From: a virus
Lineage: Duplodnaviria; Caudoviricetes
IMG/VR virus record: IMGVR_UViG_3300048598_000020
Coordinates: 1-26,353 of that record
Reading direction: 5' to 3' (one strand)
DNA: 26,353 nt
This document shows, one piece after another, positions 6,791-15,600 of the stretch. How positions within the stretch are numbered: the stretch's first letter is position 1; each line of letters starts with the position of its first letter. The notes below the pieces were generated by a model. The model made no database searches, was not told the DNA's origin, and worked only from the letters and a program-made list of their open reading frames with translations. A program made the translations under genes and the position numbers.

Positions 6791-6946
6791 ATGACAAATT
6801 ACCTGACACCATCCGAGATTGAGGAGCTGCGCAAAGACAAGCAGGCTATCACAGCACAGTCTGATAAGCTGTGTGAGATATTCCAGGAGCAGCGGGAAGA
6901 AGAAGATCAGCCTGACATTGAGAGCATCTATGAGGCCCTCAAATGA
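6791..6946 (+). CDS. Small acidic hypothetical protein (51 aa, MTNYLTPSEIEELRKDKQAITAQSDKLCEIFQEQREEEDQPDIESIYEALK)
   Basis: Read by hand; TAAGGAA RBS; ATGA overlap with 6943 ORF. Confidence 0.75.
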   Translation: MTNYLTPSEIEELRKDKQAITAQSDKLCEIFQEQREEEDQPDIESIYEALK

Positions 6947-7257
6947 GCCACGTCGAATCAGATAGTGAAAAGCTCAAACGCCTGCTTAGGGAAATAGCAA
7001 CCCTTATGCAGGAATGCAACGACAGTACTTTATGGCATTGTCGTACCGTACTGTCAACCATCTATCAGTGGTTGTTATATGAGGATGTCAATACATCTGC
7101 TGTAATAGATATGATCAACACAATGACACGCCATTTTCAAGGGCTGCGCGAGACCTATAAAGGCGAATGGCAAGCGGACGAATTAGCTGTACGTCTGGTA
7201 GACTTGGCAAACGACTGCTTAGAGTATGGCGTGCAAACATTAGGTAGAGGTAAGTAA
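6943..7257 (+). CDS. Hypothetical protein (104 aa)
   Basis: Translationally coupled ORF, last of the rightward unit. Confidence 0.7.
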   Translation: MSHVESDSEKLKRLLREIATLMQECNDSTLWHCRTVLSTIYQWLLYEDVNTSAVIDMINTMTRHFQGLRETYKGEWQADELAVRLVDLANDCLEYGVQTLGRGK

Positions 7258-7272
7258 AATGCCCCTGCCTGC

Positions 7273-7704
7273 CTAAGACTTGATGTATCGCTTTTTAGCT
7301 GCTAGCCATGCTTCCCAGCTAATATCCCCACCCAGAAGAGCATAGTCCGCTATAGCTCTTTTGTTGTTTATGTACCTTCTGGGGTCATACCAACCATATA
7401 GATCTTTGATACGCTTCAAACAATTCCTGTAAAATCTTAGATTTGCCCCCTGCCAGGCTTCTTTTGAGGCATCTTGAACATACTGATACTCAGAGTCATG
7501 CCACATTGTAGCCACGTCAGCATAAGGCAATAGCACCGATAGCACCTGTCTGACGATGCTCGGAAAGCTGTCAGGGCCGACCCCATTTGCTGCCTGCTGT
7601 ATCTGTACAGGCGTCAAGCCTTGTGTAGTTGGTATCAGATCAGCTTTGATACGGTTGGATACAGCGAGAAGATCGTCAACCTCATCAAGTGTGTAGTAAC
7701 TCAT
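7273..7704 (-). CDS. Phage protein with phospholipase A2-like / DUF1353-like HD..Y motif
   Basis: NGVGP...WHDSEY...ANLRF resembles NG(C)Gp...HD..Y...A(D/N)..F; ATGA-coupled to endolysin. Confidence 0.5.
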   Translation of the reverse strand: MSYYTLDEVDDLLAVSNRIKADLIPTTQGLTPVQIQQAANGVGPDSFPSIVRQVLSVLLPYADVATMWHDSEYQYVQDASKEAWQGANLRFYRNCLKRIKDLYGWYDPRRYINNKRAIADYALLGGDISWEAWLAAKKRYIKS

Positions 7705-8087
7705 ACTTTACCCTTGACTTCAAAATGGTCCAAATCGCGAAAAAAAAAGTAGAATCCTGCTGTCAGGCCCATCTTGACACCTATGTCAGCCATCTTTTTG
7801 TACTGCGAGATGTTGTCCCAGTCGATGTCTCCCTCATCATCTAGTACCACAGCATCCCAAGCCTCTCCTGACTGATGCCTGCTCTTATGCTTGTATCCGT
7901 CACATTTAGTGACAATCTTACCAGGAGCTGTGCGTCCCTGCTCGTATAAGTGGTGCTGGTACTCAGCATCTCGCAAGGTCTGTATGATCTTAATGTTGAG
8001 ACCAGCCTCTGTACAGAGCCTGATGAACTTTAGGCAAGCGTTCTGGGCATCTGGCTTCAAATCTTCAACTTTGCGACTATTTATCAT
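7701..8087 (-). CDS. Endolysin, M15-family (L-Ala-D-Glu type) zinc peptidase
   Basis: TLR....Q..LY.QGRT.PGKIVT, SRH..G.A.D and D..HFE zinc-ligand motifs. Confidence 0.9.
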   Translation of the reverse strand: MINSRKVEDLKPDAQNACLKFIRLCTEAGLNIKIIQTLRDAEYQHHLYEQGRTAPGKIVTKCDGYKHKSRHQSGEAWDAVVLDDEGDIDWDNISQYKKMADIGVKMGLTAGFYFFFRDLDHFEVKGKV

Positions 8088-8287
8088 AGTGCTTCCTCTA
8101 TCTTACCAGTAACTACCCCTACAATCTTGGTAACGGTGTCTGTTGGCAATGTGATGCCCTCAGTAGCTAATGCTGACACAATAGCTGTAGCAGCTAAAGG
8201 AGTAGCCTGGTCCACAGCAGCCTTCAGGATGACCTCGGCTAAAGCCGACGAGCTGAAGATACTCTTAATGCGTGTGAAGATACTCAT
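8084..8287 (-). CDS. Small Ala/Val/Thr-rich protein in lysis region (67 aa)
   Basis: ATGA-coupled to endolysin; conserved leader at 8288-8303. Confidence 0.65.
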   Translation of the reverse strand: MSIFTRIKSIFSSSALAEVILKAAVDQATPLAATAIVSALATEGITLPTDTVTKIVGVVTGKIEEAL

Positions 8288-8301
8288 GGTGTTACTTTCT
8301 G

Positions 8302-8643
8302 TTAGTTTCCTGCGGCGTTACCATTCGTCAGCTTGTAGACCTTGGCTAGATCTACATAGGTGCTGGACGCTGCTGCCTTCGCCGTATGGACAGCAGTAAC
8401 TGAGTCTAGCGTTTTTGCGACAGCTTGCTTGTTGGATTCAGATCCAAAATTGAAAGACAGAGAAGCGATCAGAGCACAACCAATAAAGTAGTGCTTCCAG
8501 TCAAAAGAAAGTAGTGGTTTCTTGGCACTCTTGAGAAGACAAATGTCAGCCTTTACCTCAGCGATATCAGACTTCAATTCGTCTTTAACTTGATTAACAA
8601 GGCTGATAAGCAGTTGTGTGGAGTCAGCGTTACCCATAGTCAC
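8302..8643 (-). CDS. Single-pass membrane protein, holin candidate
   Basis: N-terminal coiled-coil-like segment, hydrophobic YFIGCALIASLSFNFG, position upstream of endolysin. Confidence 0.5.
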   Translation of the reverse strand: MTMGNADSTQLLISLVNQVKDELKSDIAEVKADICLLKSAKKPLLSFDWKHYFIGCALIASLSFNFGSESNKQAVAKTLDSVTAVHTAKAAASSTYVDLAKVYKLTNGNAAGN

Positions 8644-8777
8644 CGCCTTTTCTTAGCTTTATCGGAAGCAACGTACTCCTTGCCTACTTTGATGCTAATT
8701 CCGGCTTGTTTGGCAAATTTTGGATTATGTGCAGAAATTTGCATAAATCTTTCCTGTTTTTTACTTTTTGATGGCAT
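8640..8777 (-). CDS. Small basic phage protein (45 aa, MPSKSKKQERFMQISAHNPKFAKQAGISIKVGKEYVASDKAKKRR)
   Basis: ATG at 8777 with AGGAG RBS; resembles MPS.S.kQ..FM...AHNp.FAK..G proteins I recall from phage genomes. ORF-track start 8855 is inside the HNH gene. Confidence 0.75.
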   Translation of the reverse strand: MPSKSKKQERFMQISAHNPKFAKQAGISIKVGKEYVASDKAKKRR

Positions 8778-9255
8778 TTTTTCTCCTATAGTACTCTTTT
8801 TCCCAATTGCAATTGCAGCACAATAATTGAACGCGATCTTTTCCAACAACTCCATTTAATATATCGTTAAGAAATTTTGCATTACATTTATTATATTTTT
8901 TCCTATCTGAAGCTCCGTCATCATTAATATGATCAATAGCTAGAACAATTGGATTAGAATTACCACATTTATTACATTTGCCGCCTAAAAACTCAATAAC
9001 TTTTAATCTATGGGCTTCTCTCCACTCAGTTGATCTTTTATCAGATTTACTTTTATTGTTTTGGTAATACTGCTTACGATATTCTATTTTTTCTTCTATT
9101 GTTTTATGTGTTTTAGTTTCCAAAAATTTATGTATACTACATTTTCTACAAATACTACCATGTTCTTTTCTTTTTTGAGAATAATAATCAGCTACTAGAT
9201 CTCTAGATTTATTGCATATTGGGCAAGTGACCGTTATTTTTGACTTACTTGGCAT
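8761..9255 (-). CDS. HNH endonuclease with N-terminal zinc finger (AT-rich insertion)
   Basis: CPIC...CRKC, LGGKCNKCG, LAIDHIN.DG, QLLC.NCN; probable start ATG 9255 (MPSKSKITV), overlapping the upstream small ORF stop; visibly AT-richer than flanks. Confidence 0.85.
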   Translation of the reverse strand: MPSKSKITVTCPICNKSRDLVADYYSQKRKEHGSICRKCSIHKFLETKTHKTIEEKIEYRKQYYQNNKSKSDKRSTEWREAHRLKVIEFLGGKCNKCGNSNPIVLAIDHINDDGASDRKKYNKCNAKFLNDILNGVVGKDRVQLLCCNCNWEKEYYRRKNAIKK

Positions 9256-9340
9256 TCTTCTTAGCCTTGGCGTTATGGGCTTTGCGTGCCTTCTCATCAG
9301 CTTCGTACGCAGCATTACTGATAATTGTAACATTTGCCAT
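9245..9340 (-). CDS. Small basic protein (31 aa, MANVTIISNAAYEADEKARKAHNAKAKKNAK)
   Basis: Read by hand; AAGGAG RBS 6 nt upstream of ATG; fills the gap between 9356 and 9255. Confidence 0.7.
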   Translation of the reverse strand: MANVTIISNAAYEADEKARKAHNAKAKKNAK

Positions 9341-9355
9341 CCTGTACTCCTTGGT

Positions 9356-9934
9356 TTAACCACCTACTACAGATATATATAGGTTTCCGATGTCACCAGC
9401 TGTCATGGTCATTGTTGCTGATGTGGAGAATTGCCAATCAGGAGCATACCCAGGACAATCATTAGATCCACTTAATGCATGTTGTGCAACGTATCGCTCA
9501 CCAACATAAAAATAATAGGTTGTACCAGCAACAAGAGATGGTTTAGTCGTATATGTTTTTGTGATAGTATACTGAGTATAGGATCCAAGCACGGAACCTG
9601 CATTGATAGCAATTCCTGTAGCACCAGAGATACAAGCGTTAGTTACAGGTGTCAGAGTGGTACCTGATAGTGTCCAGATGCCACATATCACATTATTGAC
9701 AGTATTACAATCATGTACCACACTAAACGATGATACACTCATATTGCTTGTAGGCGTATAAGCTGTAAGGTAGGTATTTCCCGAAGGAAGAGCTATCCAA
9801 GACGCCGTAGATGGTGCTTTCCATACAAGAGTGGACCCAAGATAAATGCTTTTAGCAACGCTTGACCCGTAGCCAAGGGATGTTATGCTTTTGGCTACAC
9901 CTGAACTATTAACATAAACAAGTGATGCTGTCAT
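9356..9934 (-). CDS. Putative fibre tip / receptor-binding beta protein
   Basis: N-terminal KSIYLGSTLVWK motif of phage tail-fibre partner proteins; Ser/Thr/Gly-rich; TAATG-coupled to the mini-collagen. Confidence 0.6.
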   Translation of the reverse strand: MTASLVYVNSSGVAKSITSLGYGSSVAKSIYLGSTLVWKAPSTASWIALPSGNTYLTAYTPTSNMSVSSFSVVHDCNTVNNVICGIWTLSGTTLTPVTNACISGATGIAINAGSVLGSYTQYTITKTYTTKPSLVAGTTYYFYVGERYVAQHALSGSNDCPGYAPDWQFSTSATMTMTAGDIGNLYISVVGG

Positions 9935-10137
9935 TAGGTTGTCACAATGTAAAGGGTATTAGCTACAGGACTACCAGGTAAGGATGCAACCACAGAGATA
10001 CTAGAGAAGCCTTGAACTCCTTGGACACCCTGCGAACCACCAGCTCCTTGATATCCTTGTGTGCCAGCTCCTGTGACACCTTGGTAGCCTTGAACGCCGA
10101 CACCAGCTATTAATGTTGATCCGTATCTTACGCTCAT
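9934..10137 (-). CDS. Mini collagen-like fibre protein (67 aa)
   Basis: Start at 10137 (ATGA overlap; MSVRYGSTLIAG), G-X-Q triplets, C-terminal SLPGSPVANTLYIV. Confidence 0.7.
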   Translation of the reverse strand: MSVRYGSTLIAGVGVQGYQGVTGAGTQGYQGAGGSQGVQGVQGFSSISVVASLPGSPVANTLYIVTT

Positions 10138-11159
10138 TTCCAAACTCCTCCGATGCCACCATATGGTGTTGCTAGCCTCCAAACTCCTCCTACCCCAACG
10201 TAGGTAGATGTAACAGGCTTCCACGCTCCACCGCTATAAATATATAGCTGCTTAGCGGAGACAGCAGGAACAGACCCAAGTACAATGTTGCTGCTACCTG
10301 CAATCCATATATTATCATTTATATCGACAATACCACCAAACAAATCAGCACTGTTTGTATAAGCTAGCGTGAAGCTGCTCATATCGGTAGAGCTGTATAC
10401 TTGACCGGCATAGTTTGTCACATAATATCTACCATCATTGTCTGGAAAACATCCCCACCAACCAGCGCTGCTTGGTAGTGACGATGCTACAGTATAGCTT
10501 CCAGTTGTACCGTTGAAAACGTATTTTGTGTTATATATTGGAGCATAGTATCGTGAGCCGCTGAGAATGAATTGCGTGTACGAATATCCAGAATATCCAG
10601 ATGAAGCCCAACTAACACCATTATTAGTACTATAGTACATATTACCATTATCAGAGCTAGTGGAGCTTCCGTCGGAAATCCACAACGTACCTGTTGATGT
10701 GTGGCGTATGCAAGACGGGGTTACTCCACTTGTGGGCAAGTTCCCTGTTGCGTCTGTCCATGTATTACCGTTGTCTGTACTCTTATATATGTGGCCAATA
10801 TAATGCCCTATGTAAATAGCACCATCCGTATTTTGATCACAGCACTCTATCCAATATGTAGTATAAGGTGCTGTTATTGTCCCCCATGTAGTCCCATTGT
10901 CATCTGAGTAGTATATCAGTGATCCGGATGAAGGAAAACCCAAGACTCTTCCTGTAGACGTTACAAACCCAGCCTCCCATGCAATGCTTGGAGAATTAGC
11001 TAGATCCGTCCATGTAGCACCGACATCAGATGTTTTCTTGACGTGTGCAGCCGACGAAGGAAATACATACACATCAGCAGTGGACTTGCTTACAGCTATG
11101 CCTTGTGGCTCTACTCTGATTGCTAAAGGATTACTCCATGTACGAGTTGGTGCTGTCAT
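10134..11159 (-). CDS. BNR/Asp-box repeat beta-propeller tail-associated protein
   Basis: TSDVGATW, SDDNGTTW, STDNGNTW, STNNGVSW Asp-boxes; C-terminal GGAWK/GGVWR/GGVWK repeats. Confidence 0.8.
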   Translation of the reverse strand: MTAPTRTWSNPLAIRVEPQGIAVSKSTADVYVFPSSAAHVKKTSDVGATWTDLANSPSIAWEAGFVTSTGRVLGFPSSGSLIYYSDDNGTTWGTITAPYTTYWIECCDQNTDGAIYIGHYIGHIYKSTDNGNTWTDATGNLPTSGVTPSCIRHTSTGTLWISDGSSTSSDNGNMYYSTNNGVSWASSGYSGYSYTQFILSGSRYYAPIYNTKYVFNGTTGSYTVASSLPSSAGWWGCFPDNDGRYYVTNYAGQVYSSTDMSSFTLAYTNSADLFGGIVDINDNIWIAGSSNIVLGSVPAVSAKQLYIYSGGAWKPVTSTYVGVGGVWRLATPYGGIGGVWK

Positions 11160-12424
11160 TATGCGCTCACCACCAACCAGAGTGCGTTATTAGCAGGAGT
11201 ACCAGATGGAGCTGACGTAGACACGGTGATGTTAGCTACTCCAGTAGCGCCCTGTGTACCTTGAGCACCAATAGAACCATTTCTACCAGCAGCACCAGCA
11301 GCACCAGAAACACCTTGGTATCCTTGAACACCTGCAGCACCCTGATAGCCTTGAGCACCAGATCCGCCTGTACTAGCGTCATCAGTGATGTAGTAAGTTG
11401 TTGTGGCTACATAACTACCCAGCGCAGTATACTGAGCCAAGGTGCCAGACCAGACAGCACTTCCACCACCACCTTGAGTTCCCTGTACACCTTGTGCACC
11501 TGTAGCACCTGTAGCTCCTTGAACTCCCGATCCAGCTACACCCTGGTATCCTTGAGTGCCGGATCCAGTAGCTCCTTGGTAACCTTGCTTACCTTGAGTA
11601 CCTTGTGCTCCAGCAGCTCCTGCTGATCCCTGTACACCAGTACCCGTGGCACCTTGGGCTCCTTGAACTCCAGCAGCTCCTGTTACACCAATAGATCCCT
11701 GTACACCCTGGGTACCTGATCCAGTAGCACCTTGAGCACCCTGAACTCCATTACTTCCAGCTACTCCAGTAGCACCTTGATACCCTTGAGCACCAGTAGA
11801 TCCCTGGGGTCCTGTACCAGTTCCGTTAGACCCTTGCACACCTTGTACGCCAGTACGTCCTTGTACACCTTGCGTGCCCGATCCTACAGCACCTTGGATA
11901 CCTTGTGTTCCTGGGACACCCTGAGTGCCTATTCCTGCAGAACCTTGAGAACCTTGAGCACCAATAGCTCCCTGAGGACCTGTCCCTGTTCCAGATGTCC
12001 CCTGAACGCCTTGTACACCATTGGTGCCAGGAGATCCTTGTACGCCTTGAGTACCAGCACCAATAGCTCCCTGCGGTCCTATTTTTCCTTGGGTACCTTG
12101 TACTCCAGTAGATCCTTGACTACCTTGGACACCAGATCCAACAGAACCCTGGATTCCTTGGACGCCAGAAGCTCCTTGGACGCCAATCCCAGAATAGTAT
12201 GTGTACCATGATCCAGGTGTTGTGCCTGAGATTACACGAGCCTTAAAGGCTGCTGCATTACCAGATACTGCAGCAGTTTGTATGGTCTGTCCCAATACAG
12301 GCTGCGATGTAGCCCAACCATCACTGAGATACTGCCAAGTAACACCAGTATCTAGTGCCAAAGCTAGCGTGTTGATTGCAGGTGTAGTAGATTTTAGCTT
12401 TGTCTCTGTCTCGTAGATTATCAT
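11159..12424 (-). CDS. Collagen-like tail fibre protein
   Basis: Long G-X-Q triplet arrays with G-X interruptions; internal GTLAQYTAL...TTYYITD and terminal TVSTSAPSG...LWL motifs. Confidence 0.85.
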   Translation of the reverse strand: MIIYETETKLKSTTPAINTLALALDTGVTWQYLSDGWATSQPVLGQTIQTAAVSGNAAAFKARVISGTTPGSWYTYYSGIGVQGASGVQGIQGSVGSGVQGSQGSTGVQGTQGKIGPQGAIGAGTQGVQGSPGTNGVQGVQGTSGTGTGPQGAIGAQGSQGSAGIGTQGVPGTQGIQGAVGSGTQGVQGRTGVQGVQGSNGTGTGPQGSTGAQGYQGATGVAGSNGVQGAQGATGSGTQGVQGSIGVTGAAGVQGAQGATGTGVQGSAGAAGAQGTQGKQGYQGATGSGTQGYQGVAGSGVQGATGATGAQGVQGTQGGGGSAVWSGTLAQYTALGSYVATTTYYITDDASTGGSGAQGYQGAAGVQGYQGVSGAAGAAGRNGSIGAQGTQGATGVANITVSTSAPSGTPANNALWLVVSA

Positions 12425-12426
12425 TG

Positions 12427-15400
12427 TTATGCCTCCAGCTTAATGAAATACCTAGTAAGAGTTTCTTGTACTCCCGTGAATGTTGTAGGTACTGTTGAGG
12501 TGGAGAAATTATCTTTCTTTAAGCTTAGGAAATAAGGAGAAATTGGGTTGAACAGAGAAGATGCAGATAAGCCCGCAATGCTTGCTCCTGTACTATCTGT
12601 AACAAACCCAAGGTAATAGCGTCCAGCAGTTAAAGCCACACTCCCAGTCAAGGAGCTGCACAACCCCGTCAGAAATCCTGTCGTCAAGAGAGATACATTA
12701 CTACTATAAGCAATAGTCTCATACTGGGATGTTGAAGCATTATAGTGCCCCAACATGAAATTGAATGTCTCGCTTGATGAGCCTGCTTGACCTAAGATAG
12801 CTGTGAATTTGCTTGTTGGGGATAGAGTGAAACCAGCCTCCAGATCGAACCCAGTCCAGTTAAGACTCCATTGCTGGGTACTTAGCACAATAGCAGACTG
12901 TATCAGAGCCTTAGGATACGTGGACATGACGCTAAGTGTAGAGCCGCCTCCACCACCAGTAGGTGTAACTGCTCGCCACCTATTCTGCGCGGTGACCCAA
13001 GTGAGCACTTGCCCATCTGTTCTGTCATCAACGCCAACATCCTGCAGGTCACTGAGTTTTATCTGCGCTCCAATACTTGATCCTGTACCAGCTTTGATCT
13101 TACCAGTCTCATCCGTTGTCAGCAAAGATGCCGACGGGAGATCCACCAAAAAGGCGTCTCCAGCGATTCCTATACCTTTTTCAGCTACTAATCTCTTGTG
13201 GGATGGGATGCTGTCAACAAGCAGCTCAAAAATTAGAGGGCTTGAGGCATACATGTTGGTAACAAACCAATTCATTCCATCGGATTGGCTATCCCAAATA
13301 GCTAAGGTTGATCCTGTACCTGTACCGACACCATCTGTATACTTTGTCCAATGTATACCATCATCAGAATAAGCGTAGATTGGATCGGATGCTATCTGTT
13401 TAAGGGCAACAGTAGCAACCCAAAGACCATATGCAGATTGTATACTAGACCACCAAGTGTAGGGATCATTAGTAAGTGCACCATAAGCAGTACCTAGGCG
13501 ATCAGACTTAGCTGTTGGATAGCTGTCGTTAGAGCTATCACGTACAAATATGTCTAGCAGCGTCCAATCGCTTACCGTATTACTACCTACGACATGCGAA
13601 TTTCTAAATGTCCCCGTAGTAGCTTCTGATGTATTAGTCCAGATTCTTCCTGTATCCCTATCAATAGTATTGTAGGTACCATAATGATCAGATCCAACAC
13701 CAGTGAAACCAGCACCATCGTAGGATGCATTAAACTGATAACTAGAAACTGTTAGTGTTACAGACAATCCTGATGCAGGTGCTGTAGTTAGCTGTACATT
13801 AAATGAGTTAGTATTACCATCATACACGATGCTCGTAACAGGCAATGAGTTGCTATTAGAATCTATTGCTGTAGCAGATGGACTATTGTAAGACTGATGT
13901 GCAAGACAAGGTACCGCAAATGTAGTAGTAACACCATCACCAGTAACAACACGTACTAAGTCGGCATTAGTCCGTGGGGGATTGGATATGCCCATGACGC
14001 CAGCACCAGCAATAGATGGCTTATATTTTATCCCTCCAAGCTGGTATCCAGCGTACAAAAATCCACCGCTGACGACAGAACATATATGTGAGACGTTCTT
14101 TGGAAGATCAGGACATGCAGTCCAAACCCATCCCGACGCTTTGAATGTGCCATCATCATTGTAGTTTGCTGGGATGTCATGAAGAAGATATACATAGTTA
14201 TCTACGAAGCCACCATACAGCCAGTAATAATCGGATCCATCTTTAATATAAGCAGCGCAAGAAGCATTGCCTTGTGGTATGCGAGAAGCAGACGAGTCTG
14301 CGGTTATCAAGCTAGTATCTCGTGTAGTTGTCTGATACCTATCAAAAGAGTTGTATATCTCTCCGGTAGATCCAAAGGCACACCATACGCGCTTTTGTAC
14401 CTGTGAACCTGTAGCAGTTATTACATAGGCATAACCAGGAACACAACCACGCCCGTAATTCGCGCCGTTCTCTCCTGTTCCCCTGTTCCATGCTAGGTTG
14501 TTTCCTGCTTGGTCCTTAAGTGTCTTTGCTTTTAATGACGCACCAATACCAGTCAATTGGCACACACCTACTTCATCTGGGTATGCACCAAAAAGATCGT
14601 AAGATGGTGGATTCATCTTATCGAGTATTTCGCCATAAACAGTGTCTACATTGACATGCAAACCAAGATGCTTATAGGTGTTATCTGCACCTATATCAGA
14701 TACAATGATATTAACATTACCAGCAGCGTCTGTATCACCAATAATTTTATTTGATAGATACCCAGCAGTAGAGTCAGCTTGATCTACTTTTACTTTTCCA
14801 CCAATATCATCAATAGATTCCCATTTGTATTGGTCGTCTGTAGAATCATGTATTAATGCAGACGTAACAGATGGTGTTGGTTCAGGGAACTCTTTGACGA
14901 CTTGTGGGCACCACCAGTAATTATCCCCACTAAGCGTAAGGTTATATTCTCCAGCAGGAAGTTGAGTGAATACTGGCTGATCTAAAGGATTGATGGGGAG
15001 ATCAAAGTGTGGCAGTAAGCATCGACGAAGACCACGATCAACATTAATGATCTCTGCGCCAGCAGTTACGTTTACTTCTCGCCATACATCCTTTGAGGGG
15101 TCATGCAAGTCATACGACTCAAGGTACCACAAAGACGTACCTGTAGTATAGTTTGTTTGGGCTACCTGTGCGGCAATAGGATACCCATACTTGACCATCT
15201 GATCTTTGTCGGTAAGAGTTAGCTGGGACAAAGTCATATCAGGCGGCTTTGGATCGCCCTGAAGACAAATAAACCAAGTAAAGAACCTATGGAGGTCAAT
15301 ATCTGAAGTAGTAGATCCTCCTAGGCCTTGTACATTGTCACGTGTGTATAATTCAGCCCCTGATGCATCGCGCAGAACTACCAAATACAACCCAGACTCG

Positions 15401-15588
15401 GGATATACCTGGGGCAGGGTGCCAGAGGCATCTAAGGTAATGGGATTGGGAGCTACTACAGTATTGCCTACATCATACCAAATGTTCTTAGGTGTAGTGG
15501 TAGATCCAGCAACGAAGAACTCTACAGTTCCCCCAGATACTGGCCTGCCCTTAAAGGAGAATTGCTGTAGGTACCATCCAAAGTTCAT
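12427..15588 (-). CDS. Large tail fibre/spike protein (1053 aa)
   Basis: N-terminal [20 protein letters not shown]...NPITLDASG virion-attachment-type domain; [32 protein letters not shown] and Asp-box YSDDGIHWT motifs. Confidence 0.8.
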   Translation of the reverse strand: MNFGWYLQQFSFKGRPVSGGTVEFFVAGSTTTPKNIWYDVGNTVVAPNPITLDASGTLPQVYPESGLYLVVLRDASGAELYTRDNVQGLGGSTTSDIDLHRFFTWFICLQGDPKPPDMTLSQLTLTDKDQMVKYGYPIAAQVAQTNYTTGTSLWYLESYDLHDPSKDVWREVNVTAGAEIINVDRGLRRCLLPHFDLPINPLDQPVFTQLPAGEYNLTLSGDNYWWCPQVVKEFPEPTPSVTSALIHDSTDDQYKWESIDDIGGKVKVDQADSTAGYLSNKIIGDTDAAGNVNIIVSDIGADNTYKHLGLHVNVDTVYGEILDKMNPPSYDLFGAYPDEVGVCQLTGIGASLKAKTLKDQAGNNLAWNRGTGENGANYGRGCVPGYAYVITATGSQVQKRVWCAFGSTGEIYNSFDRYQTTTRDTSLITADSSASRIPQGNASCAAYIKDGSDYYWLYGGFVDNYVYLLHDIPANYNDDGTFKASGWVWTACPDLPKNVSHICSVVSGGFLYAGYQLGGIKYKPSIAGAGVMGISNPPRTNADLVRVVTGDGVTTTFAVPCLAHQSYNSPSATAIDSNSNSLPVTSIVYDGNTNSFNVQLTTAPASGLSVTLTVSSYQFNASYDGAGFTGVGSDHYGTYNTIDRDTGRIWTNTSEATTGTFRNSHVVGSNTVSDWTLLDIFVRDSSNDSYPTAKSDRLGTAYGALTNDPYTWWSSIQSAYGLWVATVALKQIASDPIYAYSDDGIHWTKYTDGVGTGTGSTLAIWDSQSDGMNWFVTNMYASSPLIFELLVDSIPSHKRLVAEKGIGIAGDAFLVDLPSASLLTTDETGKIKAGTGSSIGAQIKLSDLQDVGVDDRTDGQVLTWVTAQNRWRAVTPTGGGGGSTLSVMSTYPKALIQSAIVLSTQQWSLNWTGFDLEAGFTLSPTSKFTAILGQAGSSSETFNFMLGHYNASTSQYETIAYSSNVSLLTTGFLTGLCSSLTGSVALTAGRYYLGFVTDSTGASIAGLSASSLFNPISPYFLSLKKDNFSTSTVPTTFTGVQETLTRYFIKLEA

Positions 15589-15600
15589 ACCAATATATAG
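15586..15600 (-). promoter_or_regulatory. Conserved CTATATATTGGT-ATG box, copy 1
   Basis: The 12-mer is the whole intergenic space between TAA (15601-15603) and ATG. Confidence 0.8.

Noticed and set aside
7259-7265. ATGCCCC complementary to GGGGCAT of leader 1
   Set aside because: A single 7-mer in 26 kb is expected by chance; it is part of a weak hairpin at the convergence point.
7740-7748. A9 run in the endolysin gene (phase variation or frameshift)
   Set aside because: The frame is intact with the D..HFE motif after it; it simply encodes FFF.
9256-9363. ORF-track N-terminal extension of the HNH gene
   Set aside because: Better explained by the 31-aa ORF with a strong RBS in another frame.
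11261-12211. Ser/Thr-rich plus-strand ORFs, and the repeats as a possible CRISPR or DGR
   Set aside because: Antisense shadows of collagen codons; no constant repeat-spacer pattern, no reverse transcriptase and no adenine-variant repeat pair seen.
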